DNA of 63,320 bases, the filler included, from Intoshia linei (taxonomy: Eukaryota > Animalia > Orthonectida): NCBI GenBank assembly GCA_001642005.1. It is 5 parts of 5 records of this genome, joined end to end, with 100 filler letters (N's around TTAATTAATTAA, not from the genome) between each part and the next. Parts side by side here need not be neighbours in the genome. Positions count along the whole stretch, not along the records: positions 21,745 to 52,796 come from LWCA01000342.1; positions 52,897 to 55,947 come from LWCA01002187.1; positions 56,048 to 57,851 come from LWCA01002497.1; positions 57,952 to 63,320 come from LWCA01001787.1; 1 more part is not named here. One strand, 5' to 3'. Each line of letters begins with the position of its first letter. Position 1 is the first letter of the stretch. Made by a program: the position numbers and the translations under genes. A model generated the notes under the pieces. The model was not told where the DNA came from and did no database searches. It saw nothing but the letters and a program-made list of their open reading frames with translations. Below are positions 50,201-61,070 of the stretch, piece by piece.

Positions 50201-52576
50201 TTTCATGGTCAAAACCAGATTACCCTTTTTTAAAAAAATTTCCAATTAACATATTTAAACACAAAAATTTAAATCTCACAAATTCACTAATTTAAACTGA
50301 CAAATTTCAAATTATCTCGTTTTGTAGATGAATATTTACGAAGAGTTTTCAAAAATCACATACAGGGTGTACACGCCGGTGAAAAAAAGTCTACTACCCA
50401 AATTATATTTTGGTCTTTAGAATTTATGACATTATTATTAAAATAATTATCCAATACTGCTAATAGGCTGGATTTGGAAACCACTTCAATGAATTGAGAT
50501 AAATCATGTACGTTGGATTTACTATAATGTCTTTCAAATGCACCATCTTTTCTGATATATATCCAAGCAGGCAAAGCATGTTCAGCTAATTTGCTACATA
50601 ACTCTCCTATTGATTTACAATCGACTCGACCCATCTTTAAATCTTATATATTTTCAGCAAACACTTTAAAATTGTCATCTATTTTGTATTCATCATCGTA
50701 AAGATAAATAACGTGGTCAATTTCATTAGGATTAGAATCAAAAATTTGCTCAACATCTTGATTAAAAAAAATTTTAATATCTGGTAAATGGGTAATAATA
50801 GACATGTAAATGGAATGAATTGAAGCAATATTCCCAAAATTATGCGCATCACTTTGAAAGCAATTTTCATAATATACAACATCATTAGTACTGTATGCAG
50901 CAACGTCACATTTTTCCGGAATTTGATGACAATCAACGGTACCAAAAGTTAAAATATTATGTAATTTGAAAGATAAAAGTTTCAAGTGTTTTGTAGAGAT
51001 ACAATCATCTTTACAAAAACTAACGAGGCATCTTTTATTTGCAGTTTTTTCGATATGATTGATAAACTGGTAATCTTTCCATATTTTTTTGTTTTTAGCA
51101 GAATGTTTGAGTACAAATTCATATACGGCGTCGTACGACAATTCTCCAGAGTATTTAATATCGTCAGGATAAAGTATTAACGTTGGAAGATGTTGAATTT
51201 CTTTTATTTGGCAAAACTGTTAATTTTCGGAACAATCCATAGCTGCAACGTTCACTACCGGATACATTTTTTTAATGAAAATAGCCCTAGAATTTAAAAA
51301 AATTTACAGGTAGTACAGTTGTATGTACGTAGTAAATAACAGTCAACCTAGTCATTTTATATTAGGTCAATCAAAAAAACGAAAATCCAGTTAATGTTTT
51401 AAAAAAATAATCCTAAAAATGACTATGCGTGAATACAGTGTATTTCTAAATTTATTTTAATTTTTTCAAAAATTCCATTTTTTATATTTGGTAAATCAAA
51501 AAAACTAAAATCCATTCAAAAAAGGAGTTTAATGTTATTTTTCTTTTTTTTTGTATTTAGTAACAATTTTATTATTTGTTAAACAAAAATAATAAAAAAC
51601 TAAAGCGGTTTTTTGAACCCATAAAAAATTTTTGCTAAATCTTTTAATTAGAGTGTAAGATTTAATTTAGAAAATTTAAATTTCTACATGACAATATTTT
51701 TTAAGAAAATTTAATTAAAGAATTTACAAATTTATGCTTAAATTAATCATTAAAGTCTTAATATTTCGAAAAAATAATGCAATTATTTATCTTTTACATA
51801 CATAAAATTGAATGTCTGTCTGTGCGTTCCGTTTATTTAAAAAAATAAATCCTAGAATTTAAACCCAATTTATAATAGTTTTTTGAGAGCAATATCAGTT
51901 GACAGATGCAATATCACAAATTTCAATTTCTGAAATTGAGTCTTTCTGGGTTAAAAACTTAATTTCCTTTAAATTTTTTTTAAATAAAATAAAATAAAGA
52001 GGTGATTCGCCCACCGTTGAGAATCTCTGAATTAGAATAACGATTTAACTTTATCGAATTTTAATTAGCTAATTATAATAATATTGATATCATAAAGCAT
52101 GTAATTTCATTCTGATAAACATATCAAAAATTAACTTTACTAACTTTTGACCGCCCTATTAATAACTAATAGTCCTAAAATTTAAAAAAAAATTATTTTG
52201 ATAAAGCTTATTATCAGCAATTAGTAAATAGTAGCATTTTTATAAAGATTTCATTCTACAATTTATTTTTTTGGTAAAATTAAAAAAATCTGCCCTCGGC
52301 AGAGCTACATGTATGTAGCGTTTGTACAAAGTACATAACAGTCAAGCTAGTATGCTAAAAGAAAACATAAATTACAATTCCAACCATTCGTTTAAATTTT
52401 CTTGCATCTTTAAGAAATTAAAGTCAAATTTTTCATTTTCATGGACCGGATTCCATGATTTCAATAATTTTGATAGTATTTTTTTGTTTTGTGGTGATAT
52501 TCCACATTTTAATAATACATCCATACATGTATTGCTAATATTATAATAATTAAATAAAATACATAATTCTTTCTCT
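47299..52576 (-). CDS. Uncharacterised multi-exon gene; exons 49074-49185, 49010-49034, 48613-48709, 47953-48023, 47299-47531; 5' end either ATG exon 49234-49241 or exons 52447-52534 and 52376-52407
   Basis: Five consecutive GT-AG bounded exons join in phase with no stops (NLSNLINFINDDSRDDDNPLK...DFEHDFNFMDVINFFCDLKRIK...HADRETRFLTMGNRPLK...HIQNI*). No family recognised. Confidence 0.6.
49352..50118 (-). mobile_element. Internally deleted piggyBac element
   Basis: Perfect 13-bp TIRs CCGTTTACTGTCC / GGACAGTAAACGG, each flanked by TTAA. Subterminal repeat AGTGTTCCATTAATGGAA occurs twice. Decayed transposase C-terminus NKFMGSVHLMDKLLSSYRPKLQSKKWYWNFF and Cys-rich RCAVCHK. Confidence 0.92.
50290..51267 (-). 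pseudogene. DNAJC10: DNAJC10/ERdj5 thioredoxin-domain fragment with in-frame stops
   Basis: One frame reads VNVAAMDCSEN*QFCQ...PTLILYP...FGTVDC...MGRVDCKSIGELC...WVVDFFSPACTPCM*FLKTLRK...LKFVSLN. Stops at 51220-22, 50644-46 and 50356-58. No J domain and no introns. Confidence 0.75.
51790..52350 (+). mobile_element. Non-autonomous Helitron-like element
   Basis: A|TCTTTTACATACATAAAA...GTCTGTCTGTG start. Subterminal hairpins TCTGCC-CTC-GGCAGA (52289-52303) and GCTACAT-GT-ATGTAGC (52304-52319). Ends CAGTCAAGCTAG|T. Confidence 0.8.
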
Positions 52577-52796
52577 CTAGTTCGTGAGTGTTATTTTATC
52601 AGTGATTTGGTCAAATAGACAAATTGTAATCATATAAATCTTAATATTATAAATATTAACATTATTTATATTTATATATAATGTTATTACAGTATAATTA
52701 ATTATATATCTGTTATCTAATTATATTAATAATAATTCTTATATATAAATTAAAATTAATAATAATTATAATTATTAAACTATGTAGAAAATATAA

Positions 52797-52896
52797 NNNN
52801 NNNNNNNNNNNNNNNNNNNNNNNNNNNNNNNNNNNNNNNNTTAATTAATTAANNNNNNNNNNNNNNNNNNNNNNNNNNNNNNNNNNNNNNNNNNNN
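52797..52896. other. Artificial contig linker
   Basis: 44 N + TTAATTAATTAA + 44 N. Confidence 0.95.
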
Positions 52897-53165
52897 TGTA
52901 GTAACAGTCGTTGATGGTGTAACAGTCGTTGATGGTGTAGTAACAGTCGTCGATTGGGTAGTGACAGTTGTAACACATTTCACTGAATCATCAAGATAAT
53001 ATCCAGATAAACATTGTTCACATACATTATAATTATTTTGACATTTTTTGCAATTAAGAGTAGTACAAGCTAATTAATATATTATAATATAAATGAGTGG
53101 TCACCAAACTTCTTGGCACCGAATAAACCAGAAAAAAATAAGCGGCCCAGATAGAAGCCGCACAT
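52897..53165 (-). CDS. Cys-rich (CxxC) plus Thr/Ser/Pro mucin-like repeat protein, 3'-truncated by linker
   Basis: Exon 52897-53069 reads CTTLNCKKCQNNYNVCEQCLSGYYLDDSVKCVTTVTTQSTTVTTPSTTVTPSTTVTT. A candidate ATG exon 53105-53165 joins in phase through a 35-bp intron. Confidence 0.6.
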
Positions 53166-53919
53166 GTTATATAATTTAAGTTAAGATTTAACGTATATGT
53201 TAATCCATAGTACAGTGGTTCAGAATGAGACTTTCCAGACAAAACCTCAAGCAACTAGACAAACTCAATTTTCTTAAAGTAAATCAATTGGAAAAGATAT
53301 TTTAGTTTATCTAAATTATTTTCAAAAAAATTCACCAACTATTAAGGGATTTTCTCAATAATGAACCCAAAATTTTAAATATTTTGAGATTAATAATTAT
53401 TATAATCTATTTAATATATATTCATTGAGAATCCTACTCATAATTAATTAATTATCATTCATATTAAGCATAATTTATACTGGTTTTAATGTTACATCCT
53501 AACTTATATAATATGCTACGCGTTTTTTGTTTGTGTGTGTTATGCTTTATTTCAATAACTACCCGTCTTAGAATTTTTTAAAGACCATATTTTAATTACA
53601 GTTTTTTTTCAGGACGTTTATTAAGATAAATTTCAACCTCTAAATTTCACATCTTACGGGTCAAAAACCCCAGTTGTTCCTCTTTTTGAAAATCAAACGA
53701 GTTGGAGAATTTAAAAAAATATATACGCTGATGCAGATTTTAAAATCATAAACACTATCATACATTTAAATTTAAAAAATTAATCTTCAGGGTCAAAACC
53801 CAAAATTCCCCTTTCTTTTTTTTGAAAACAGCCCTATAATTTCAAAAAATTTACAGATGGTACAGTTGTATCCTGTTAACACACATAAAAAATTTCAATC
53901 CAAATAAGTAACGATTTTT

Positions 53920-54288
53920 TTGTTTCGAATTGACATTTTTCCGACTGCTGGTCCAACCGGTTGATAAATACTTCGATATCTTTATGTTGATTTTTATACA
54001 TAGAATAAAATTTACATCTTTCTCTTAACTGGTTAGATTCATTCGAAAATGTAATTCCTTCTTTATCGCAGCATAAGACTGAGTGGAGCCATAGCGTTTG
54101 AGACGCAAACAGACACGGTCGCCCATGGCTAACTTAAGTAAGCAAATTTTTTATTTTTCAGAAATTTTTTCATCGGTTTCAATTATGTGAATTAAAAGTT
54201 CGAATTTCTCAATCCAATCACTAATTGATACTGTAATTTTTCCGTATTGGTTGAATAATTCATCAAGAAGTTTGAATAATTTATTCAT
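53920..54288 (-). mobile_element. Degenerate Ty3/gypsy gag-like fragment
   Basis: SISDWIEKFELL...K*KICLLKLAMG...SYAAIKKEL, then after a frameshift NQHKDIEVFINRLDQQSEK..F, resembling the gag pattern Q..ESI..F..RL..LA..C.F. Confidence 0.55.
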
Positions 54289-54810
54289 ATGACTTGATTT
54301 ATAATAAAATTTTAATGGAAATGTATGTGTATAAACGATTTAGTTAATTTTATTAATTAATTATATATCGTTACAACTTGATAATATAAAATTAATAAGA
54401 AGATAGTAAACTAAAGTTTACTACAGTCCGAAAATTAAAAAAAAGATTATTCTGATAGAGCTTATTACAGTTGGTATAATAACATTAGTTCAACCCGAAA
54501 AATCTACGCATTCCCGATAAAAAATAATTTTTAATACATTATCAACCAATATTTTTCAAATATTTTGATTAAAATAAAAATTACAAATGTAAATATTGAT
54601 CCTACAATTTAAAAAAAATGTGAATTGAACGTCTACACATTTCCAATAAAGAAATATGGGTGAAAATCTATATAATTCATTCCTTCGAAATTTTTTTTAT
54701 TGCTACGCAATTTATAAATTTCAAATTTGATTTTCAAAACATTTTTATTAAAACATTCAAATTTAAATAAGAAACTAAACAACGTAACTAAAAAAACTTT
54801 GTTAATATTA

Positions 54811-55407
54811 TTTTTATATTACAATCCTTTGCAATAATGGTAAAATTCGACTGAAATGTTTATAAAGTGAAGATTCAATTAATTATTGATACACAATTGG
54901 TATTTTTAAGTATTTATTAAATTGGTACTGAATATATGTCATCACATTGAAAATGACAAAATAGGTTTTTATAATTTTATTTTTTCTGGAATTTATGCCA
55001 TTGATGACAATTTTTAGGATTGGACTGTTTTTACTTTATTTTTAATATTATACACACATTCTGTCTAATAAATTAAAAAAATGGGATAATAATTGTTTTT
55101 ATAATTTTTTACGCAAATGTTAACAAAACAAAATTAAGATGGAATAATTCACTTTAAAGTAAAAAGTAATGTGATATGACGGTTCCACCTGAAACAAATT
55201 TGGGAACCACTCCTTTAAAGGATGGATAATAGTGAATAGTAGGATTTTTAAGTTAGATTTGAAACATGAATTTATTTTTTTGGTATAATATAAGAGTGCC
55301 CTCGGCGATTGTAGGTAAAAACGGCACAACTTAAATAATTAGAATTACATAGCAATGTATATTTCAGTCGAATTTTACCATTATTGCAAAGGATTGTAAT
55401 ATAAAAA
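54811..55407. repeat. Perfect 47-bp inverted repeat pair (54811-54857 / 55361-55407)
   Basis: TTTTTATATTACAATCCTTTGCAATAATGGTAAAATTCGACTGAAAT and its exact reverse complement. Confidence 0.9.
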
Positions 55408-55947
55408 TGATTAATGTTAAAAATGTGTCCATACTTTTGGCCTTTTTTCTTGTTTTATATAAAAAAATTGGATTGCCTACTAAAAATTTTCCTAAATGTA
55501 AATCAGAAATGAATACATTATGATGATTAATTAAAAAAAATTAAAATCAATTGTTGTCTTACCTATTTCGGATATCATGTTCTTTTTGAGACTCATTGAG
55601 ACGTCTCATCTTCATTATTTTGAACTGTTAGCTACTGAATGTAGTTTTTCTTTTTACCATTTTATGTTAAATTTGTAACAATTATCAATAAAAAAATAAC
55701 AAGTTTCAGTTAATATAAATTTAATTTTATAAATTCGTTGCTGTACTGCTAAAATTTAAGGATTATAAAAAATGTTTTGAAAATGAAAATTTGAAATTTA
55801 AAAATTGCGTAGCAATGAAAAAAATTCCAAAAGAATGAATTATGTAGATTTTCACACATATTTCTTCATTGAAAATTGTAGACGTACAATATTTATTTTT
55901 TTTGAAATTGTAGGATCAATATTTACATTTTCAATTTTTGATTTTAA

Positions 55948-56047
55948 NNNNNNNNNNNNNNNNNNNNNNNNNNNNNNNNNNNNNNNNNNNNTTAATTAAT
56001 TAANNNNNNNNNNNNNNNNNNNNNNNNNNNNNNNNNNNNNNNNNNNN
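55948..56047. other. Artificial contig linker
   Basis: 44 N + TTAATTAATTAA + 44 N. Confidence 0.95.
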
Positions 56048-56339
56048 TGAACCAAAAATTTCTAAAGAACAACCTAGATACAAGTCTCGAGTCTCAAAAT
56101 TACTTTCAAAATTTCAAAACTACATCGTCGACTTAAATGGGGAGGTGTAGTGCAATAACAACATATCTTTATTTAATACTCTATTATCGTTATTGCACTA
56201 GAACATACACTCAAGATTATTTTAAACTTGTGATTAAACTTATAAACACTACAATTCCAAAAATGAAGTATATAATTACGAAAATATTCATAACTTTGAT
56301 TAATTTTCATTTCTATTCAGAATTGCCAATTTCGATTTT

Positions 56340-56533
56340 CATTTATGAGAAAATGCCGCCAGACCACTACAAATCAGCCTTCGCTTTTCTGTGTACAGTA
56401 AACTTCTTTCTCCCTTCCTAAATCATGCCAATAAAACTGGAATTTATCAAGACCGTCCAAATTAAACTTTTTTTCGTCCAAGAATATGACAGAACTCCAA
56501 TTTTCACCCAAATCAACATACTTCCTAGCCAAC
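56340..56533 (-). mobile_element. Degenerate Tc3-like transposase fragment
   Basis: [42 protein letters not shown]...*FVVVW matches Tc3 [28 protein letters not shown]. Confidence 0.85.
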
Positions 56534-57851
56534 ACTGACATATTCATTATATTTTTATAAAAATTCTCACAGCGCCCCGTTAAATGTTTCCCCGCCGCAA
56601 GTCGGCGCTATCGCCTACTTTGAGAAACACTAGTCTAAACGAAGGACATAACAGCCCAGCTAGTTTATAATAAAAAATTTACCTATAATTATAATTTTCA
56701 TTAGTTTTGAAATTTGCAATATATACACGTAAATATAAAATTAATCTATACTAAAATAAAATTTAAACTAAATATAAAACAAATATTAAAAGTAGTGATT
56801 TAGATATGGATTTAAATTAAATTTACACCTGTCCTGGTAGAAATAGGTGATTGGAACCACATTAAAACATGGAAAAAGATCATCCCAATTTTTCTGATCT
56901 AACGTTCGAAATCATTCCTGATAGTTTTAATACGTTTCTCAGCGACTCAATTTTGACGGTAAACAGACGGTTTTGATTGAGATTTTTTAATATAACACAT
57001 TTGACATAATTTAACCTTAAAACTGCCTAGCGCAATCAAAGTGCATTTTAATTAGTAACTGATTATGTTCTTTACCAGTGCATTAGAAATATTAGCCGCT
57101 GTAATTTTTTGTAAGGCTGCTGCTTCACATCAACCCAAGTAATGGTCGCACATTATAAGTATACTAGGTTTACTGTTATGGACTACGTACAAACAGTACC
57201 TAGCGACGCCGAGGGCACGTTTTAATTATACCAAAAAGATATATTATTGGTATTAATAACCATAAATTTAATTTTTGCATTGAATACAATTTAAATAATG
57301 TAAATAGTTATAATTCGAGAAATTAAATCGTTAATAAAATCCAAAAAAATTGAGCTAGAAATACAATCTCTAGACCACGGGGTGAAAATCGAATATCGAT
57401 ATTAAATGACAATGAAAAAAATAGCATCAGGAAATGGGTTGATCAAAATTGCATACTTACCTTAAAACATATTCAAACCCGTATTTCTAATGAATTTTCA
57501 GTGGACATTAGCATCAGCTAAATTAAATTAAACAATTAAAAATACAAATTAAATAATTTAAGAAAATTTGAATTCATATCACTTCAATGAATAAAAAAAT
57601 AATATTAAAAATCGAAAAAATATGATCAATTATTGATGGTACTTAAGACTCATATGTAGCTAAGGCATAGTTAATATTAATTTCATATTATTTCTGATCA
57701 TTACCATCAATTTTAAAATATGAGCATATCAAATACAAACATAACTATAAATTGAGAACAACTAAAGTATATTAAAAATAAAGTAAACACAGTCCAATTT
57801 TAAAAATTGTCATAAATAGCATAAATTCCAGAAAAAATAAAATTATAAAAA

Positions 57852-57951
57852 NNNNNNNNNNNNNNNNNNNNNNNNNNNNNNNNNNNNNNNNNNNNTTAAT
57901 TAATTAANNNNNNNNNNNNNNNNNNNNNNNNNNNNNNNNNNNNNNNNNNNN
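57852..57951. other. Artificial contig linker
   Basis: 44 N + TTAATTAATTAA + 44 N. Confidence 0.95.
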
Positions 57952-57967
57952 TTATTCATATTTCTAG

Positions 57968-58455
57968 GTATCAGGAGGTTCATTTGTGATATAGAATTAA
58001 TGCTCAATAAAAAATTCAAAATTTTGAAATATCTCATGATTGCATTTTGGATGTATATAACCCCCTTTACTATATTTGTAAATTTTATCCATTTACTTGA
58101 AATGTTAGTTTTGCCTAACATGAAAAATTATATAAAATTTTATAGATTGTACTCTGCGGTTCATTTTACTCAACATTATCTGGAATTGATAACGATTTAG
58201 TATCAATACTGGGAACAACATTAGCATTGTCGGTCTTTGCTATACCAATATTTTATGCAATTTACAAAGCAATAAAGAAAAGGTCTTTTAAAAAGGTGAA
58301 GCATAAATTTAGTATTATAAAATTTAATAATTATCATACTAATTTAGACATTTGAAAGGAAAGATAATTATGAACCTAAAAATGAAATTGATAGGCAAGG
58401 TTATTTAAAAAGTTTATCTTATATACCAGCCAATTATTTATGGAGACGAAAATAA
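57968..58455 (+). CDS. Second SLC6 transporter, 3' exons (57968-58077, 58146-58295, 58348-58455)
   Basis: GIRRFICDIELMLNKK...FWMYITP and a final TM helix ending IPIFYAIYK match SLC6 IL5/TM11/TM12. Confidence 0.75.
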
Positions 58456-58470
58456 ATTTTATATTAAATA

Positions 58471-59386
58471 TTAATTGTATAGATTTTTAATCTTATCATA
58501 TATAGTTTCTGAAGTCTTTTTATCACAAGCTTCAGGATACGAATAAGCCACAACATAATGAATTTTGTTATGTGGATAATGACTGTCCCTGAATAAAAAA
58601 TTTAAAGGAAGAAATTAAAGTATTACATGTAAATACAGGTCAGTTCGCTGATATCACATGTATCAAAAATTGCCATTGTTTGTTCCATGCCATATTCTTG
58701 CGGTGGAAATTTTTTAAATCCATGCTTTATAAAACGAGCATCAATGTTATCAAATTCAGTCGCATTAATGTAAAAATAATCACCACTAAAATAAAAGTTG
58801 ATTCATCAAAACAAGGTAAATATACTGATTCGGTACAAAGTTTTCCACTTTTTTCGAGCTTACTCCCGTAATGATTGTAATTGGACAAGTCACACTATTT
58901 TCATCTAAAAAACCATAAATCAATCCCATATATTCCACTTCTTTGTCCTAATTTTTAATTACATTTCATATAGTGTAATTTACCGGAAAAACGATAGTTC
59001 TTTGAACTATCAGTAAGGTTTCACGTTTCTTGTTGTAGAATACTACATATATATTTAAATTAAAATTATTTAAGCTGTAGATTTTAAAAGTTTAGAAAAT
59101 GTGAATATACCATCACAACAACTTCTGTTATATCTCACTGGCTTTACGTTTGTTAAAAACTGATTTGGAAAGTAACAATCTCCAGAACTATTTTTGAAAA
59201 TTCCAATTTTCTTGTACTCTATTTCTTTGTCAATCATTAATTCGGCAAGGTTTAGTCCCACGTTACCAGCACCAGTGTATGTCTAAGAAATTAGTTAATT
59301 TGAAATGTACTTTTTATTAGAACGATTACCCAAAATACGCCTTTACATTGTTCCAATAAACATTTTGTTACTGTCCAGTTGTACAT
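58471..59386 (-). CDS. PSMG2: Proteasome assembly chaperone 2-like (PAC2 family), multi-exon
   Basis: Spliced TYTGAGNVGLNLAELMI...KKIGIF...CYFP...DVFYNKKRETLLIVQRTIVF...ITIITGVSS resembles PAC2 (VGNVGQLAMDLII..KIGYF...EVY....LVALQLRS). Short in-phase introns. Confidence 0.65.
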
Positions 59387-59681
59387 GTTAGGTAAAGTTA
59401 CTTTAATATTTATTTTATTCCTGTTGATTGTTATTTTGAAAGTAAAATACAAAATGTGTATTTATTTAGTTTGCTTTGTCATGAAGCTTTTTATTTTATC
59501 TGAAAGGATGACATTGATACCATGACTAGAAAATTCTAGTGGAAATAGATGTGAATTAGAACTATTCTAATAATAATATTAATTCATATTCATATTCCTT
59601 TTTTTGATAATAACACGTACCGTCTACTCTCAATTATTATTTCTCGTGAAGTTTATTACAAATTATTGTCTTGGTTTAAAC

Positions 59682-60343
59682 CAGCGTTTGGTTAACTTAT
59701 TTCTAACGCGGGCTACATTGATCATGTCGCGGGACGCACAAATATCGTGAATACACATAAAAAAATTTAAATTGATAAAATTCTATTTTGGCTTGTAAAT
59801 TTAATTGCTTTTTTTAAATATTAAAGTGTCAAAATTCCATTTGAATAATTAAAATTATTATTTTTAGAGTGCATTTTAATTATTAATTGTGTTTATTAAG
59901 TTTCAAAATTGTATGTATTTATAATTATATTTATGCAAACAAAAGAAAATTTGATCAAATTTGAACAAAAATTAGCCTATTATTAATAAATAATACTTTA
60001 AATCGATTTCGAAATTGCTAAAATTTTGGAAAAATATTAAATTTAATTTTTGATATAATCAATCAAAAAAATTAATTTTTATATTATTTTTCTTAGTTTA
60101 ATTCAATTAAAAATAATCAATTTAAATTTAAATATTTTTCTTTACAACTATATATTTTATTGACCAAACAGAATGTTGATTCAGTGTCATATTTGGAAAA
60201 ACATTATGCAATAGTGCAATCTAATTGAATACCAAGGATATTTTATGACATACCATAAAATTTGTACTGCACATTAGCTTAATATAGTTAGGCAAACTTT
60301 TTGTTTGCTGATCATATCGCGGGCCATAGTTTACCGAACGCTG
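59682..60343. mobile_element. hAT-family MITE
   Basis: TIRs CAGCGTTTGGTTAACT / AGTTTACCGAACGCTG match 14/16. 8-bp TSD GTTTAAAC / GCTTAAAC. CGCGGG subterminal motifs at both ends. Confidence 0.8.
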
Positions 60344-61070
60344 GCTTAAACTATCAAATTGTCGATTAAAATTATTACTTTGCTATTTTATACATAAGGA
60401 TAACTACATTAATCATCACATAATATAAAAGTTCGATTAAGCATTAAAATTAATCATTAACGCCAAAAATTGAAAACAGAATAAAATTATTTTTGGATGG
60501 ATAAAATGAAAAAATAATATTATTAGCCTAAAGTACAATTTAGTGGAATACTTATATAAAAACCGCCATATAATTAAATGTAAATTGTACATTTTATGAA
60601 ATAAAATCAACATTTTTTGTTTGAACAAATAAAAAATTAAATTAGGCTAAAATGTAACCCAGAATTCAACAATTTTCACAGGATACTAGCCGCAGACAAA
60701 ATTAACAATGTTTAGGCGTGTGAAATTGTATTTTAAATTTTTTAATCTCAAAAGAGTCACGGGTTCGAAACGATTAGAAAGTATGTTCTAACCAATCATA
60801 AATTTCATCTAACTAGATAAAGTTTACTTGGATTCGCAATGCAGTGCTGCGAGTGCAGATATCGAAACCCTTAAATTTGATTTACAAAAACCAATTAATA
60901 AACATGATATTTAATTTTTGACTAAATGTAGTCACAAGGACATGACCATGATAAATTAAGAATTTACTTTACTTATTGTTAATGTATTATTTATAAATTA
61001 TACTAATGTAATAATATATGTAATATATAATGTAATAATTAAATATTATAAATGTAATGTTATTGTAAAT

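Noticed and set aside
50290-51267. In-frame TAA/TGA in DNAJC10 as evidence for a variant genetic code or readthrough
   Set aside because: Other genes end at TAA/TGA at their expected C-termini, long exons of AQR and the protocadherin have no internal stops, and the fragment has mixed stop types inside a repeat. A pseudogene is simpler.
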